From the NCBI GenBank assembly GCA_964405835.1, contig CAYOPN010000002.1, positions 24,571-88,570 on the forward strand: a DNA stretch of 64,000 bases. The letters run 5' to 3'. Numbering within the stretch: the stretch's first letter is position 1; the number at the start of each line of letters is the position of its first letter. Both the position numbers and the translations under genes were made by a program. Below the pieces are notes generated by a model. That model made no database searches, was not told where the DNA came from, and saw nothing but the letters and a program-made list of their open reading frames with translations. The DNA is from an uncultured Elusimicrobia bacterium. GTDB taxonomy: Bacteria; Elusimicrobiota; Elusimicrobia; F11. Below are positions 62,792 to 64,000 of the stretch, one piece after another.

Positions 62792-63984
62792 GTGATGGGA
62801 TACTCCGCCTTGATTTCCCGTTTTGCGGGCCGGCCTTCGACGATTTCCAAATACACGGGCTGCAGGCCGCCGCCGGGGCCTTTTATGGCGATGGCGTCGC
62901 GTGAAATTATTTCGCCTTTGCGGATGTCGGTCCGCGCGTAGAGACTCTTGCGCTGGGAATTGATCGTGTCGTATTCGCTTGGCTGGATCTTTTTCACGCC
63001 ATCGCCCATGATTTGACTCATCAGATTGGCGGCGCGCACAATCTCGCGCATTTCGGCCGGCTCGGAGGAAAGAATGTGGTCAGGACCTTCCAATGTACGG
63101 TCCAGCGTGAAATGACGCTCAATAACGTTCGCGCCAATCGCCAAAGCCGACTGAGAAACCAAATTTCCCAATGTGTGGTCTGAAAGACCCACCGGAACGT
63201 TAAAGGCTTTTTTCATGGTCTCAATTGCTTGCAAGTTCATGTCTTCCGGTGCGGCGGGATACGCGGACACACAATGCAGCAGAACAACATTGGGATTACC
63301 CACACTCTTGATGGCTTCCAAAGCTTCCTCAATCTGTGCCAAGTTCGACATTCCGGTCGACAAAATCATCGGCTTCATGGTTTTGGCGACGTATTTCAAT
63401 AACGGCGTGTTGACCAGGTCGAATGACGCCAGCTTGTAATAGGGATTGCCGACCGACTCCAATAAATCAACGGACTCAAAATCGAACGGCGTCGAGAAAA
63501 TATCGATTCCTTTCTTTTTCGCGTACTCAAATATTTGTTTGTGGTCGTCCAAGCTCAATTCCATTCGCTTGAACATTTCCACCAGCGTCTCTTCCGTACC
63601 GAGTATGGTTTCGGCGTACCGGACTTTTTTTACCTTCCCCGAAACGCGGTTTTCGGTCTTGTAGGTTTGAAATTTAATGGCGTCGCATCCGATTTCGACC
63701 GCGCGGTCAATCAGCCGGCACGCCATCTCCATACTTCCATTGTGATTAAGCCCCGCTTCGGCAATGACAAACGGCTTATGTCCGTTACCGACCGTCTTAT
63801 CGCCAAGCTTCACTTCGTTGTTGAATTTGGAAACGGCCTGCTTCCGTTTCACTTGAGAGAAATCCGAATACTGGTCCGTCAAAATGTCCACCAAGTCGAA
63901 TGCTTTCTGGAACAGGATTTGACTGTCGGCGTAACTAAATTCCCCGGTGGTCCCAATCGAATAGAGTTGATTGAACTTGCCCAA
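62776..63984 (-). CDS. Second NeuB-family nonulosonate/sialic-acid-type synthase with an N-terminal extension; 5' end unresolved
   Basis: PFVIAEAGLNHNG, AIKFQTY, STPFD, YKLASFD, MILSTGMS, LLHCVSAYPA, GLSDHT, ERHFTLD and a SAF domain. The track start is TTG at 63984, but the frame stays open to the window end, so the gene may begin outside the window or be fused to an upstream domain. Confidence 0.8.
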   Translation of the reverse strand: MGKFNQLYSIGTTGEFSYADSQILFQKAFDLVDILTDQYSDFSQVKRKQAVSKFNNEVKLGDKTVGNGHKPFVIAEAGLNHNGSMEMACRLIDRAVEIGCDAIKFQTYKTENRVSGKVKKVRYAETILGTEETLVEMFKRMELSLDDHKQIFEYAKKKGIDIFSTPFDFESVDLLESVGNPYYKLASFDLVNTPLLKYVAKTMKPMILSTGMSNLAQIEEALEAIKSVGNPNVVLLHCVSAYPAAPEDMNLQAIETMKKAFNVPVGLSDHTLGNLVSQSALAIGANVIERHFTLDRTLEGPDHILSSEPAEMREIVRAANLMSQIMGDGVKKIQPSEYDTINSQRKSLYARTDIRKGEIISRDAIAIKGPGGGLQPVYLEIVEGRPAKREIKAEYPITWEDI

Positions 63985-64000
63985 ATGGCTTTGGATCCGC

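Noticed and set aside
1-64000. Search for CRISPR arrays, tRNA/rRNA genes, IS elements, integrases, toxin-antitoxin or known defence-system genes
   Set aside because: Total non-coding DNA is about 0.5 kb in gaps of at most 127 nt. I saw no repeat-spacer structure and no cloverleaf-capable segment. No protein resembles a transposase, integrase, nuclease-helicase defence module or a small paired toxin-antitoxin. The ORF6N gene is solitary.

Overview
This is a bacterial chromosomal window with no rRNA, tRNA, CRISPR array, transposase or integrase. By my gene calls only about 0.5 kb is intergenic. It is one very large surface-glycan biosynthesis island of about 60 genes. Nearly all genes are on the minus strand, apart from one embedded 6-gene plus-strand operon (36588-42533) and one compositionally foreign single-gene insert (ORF6N/KilA-N-like, 33366-33905).

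Recognisable modules:
- (i) Assembly and export genes: a Wzx-like flippase, two Wzy_C/O-antigen-ligase-family proteins, a GT-C-like membrane protein next to a DPM1-like GT2, and GT2/GT4/GT26 transferases.
- (ii) KpsF-PdxA-methyltransferase.
- (iii) A CDP-hexose module: RfbF, RfbG, cupin epimerase, reductase.
- (iv) A tightly coupled cassette: HpcH/HpaI aldolase, HAD phosphatase, two SDRs, KdsB-like cytidylyltransferase, D-2-hydroxyacid dehydrogenase, methyltransferase.
- (v) A transaldolase plus a GmhA-like SIS isomerase with two FkbM methyltransferases.
- (vi) A complete legionaminic-acid-type gene set (LegB-, LegC-, PtmE-like; a LegG-LegH fusion; NeuB/LegI; LegF; PtmF- and PtmA-like) plus the acetamidino trio WbuX/HisH/HisF.
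- (vii) A second NeuB-centred module at the right edge, with unusual fusions (cytidylyltransferase-DEDDh exonuclease, cytidylyltransferase-class III aminotransferase), a PhyH-like dioxygenase and several unassigned proteins.

The window holds ten methyltransferase domains and five CTP-dependent activating enzymes.

I re-called many starts. Several track ORFs carry Arg-rich N-terminal extensions that overlap the upstream gene, and the better starts usually form 4-nt ATGA/GTGA/TTGA stop-start overlaps.

All family assignments come from motif recognition by eye. No database search, HMM or structure prediction was possible, so functional calls beyond the family level are inference.
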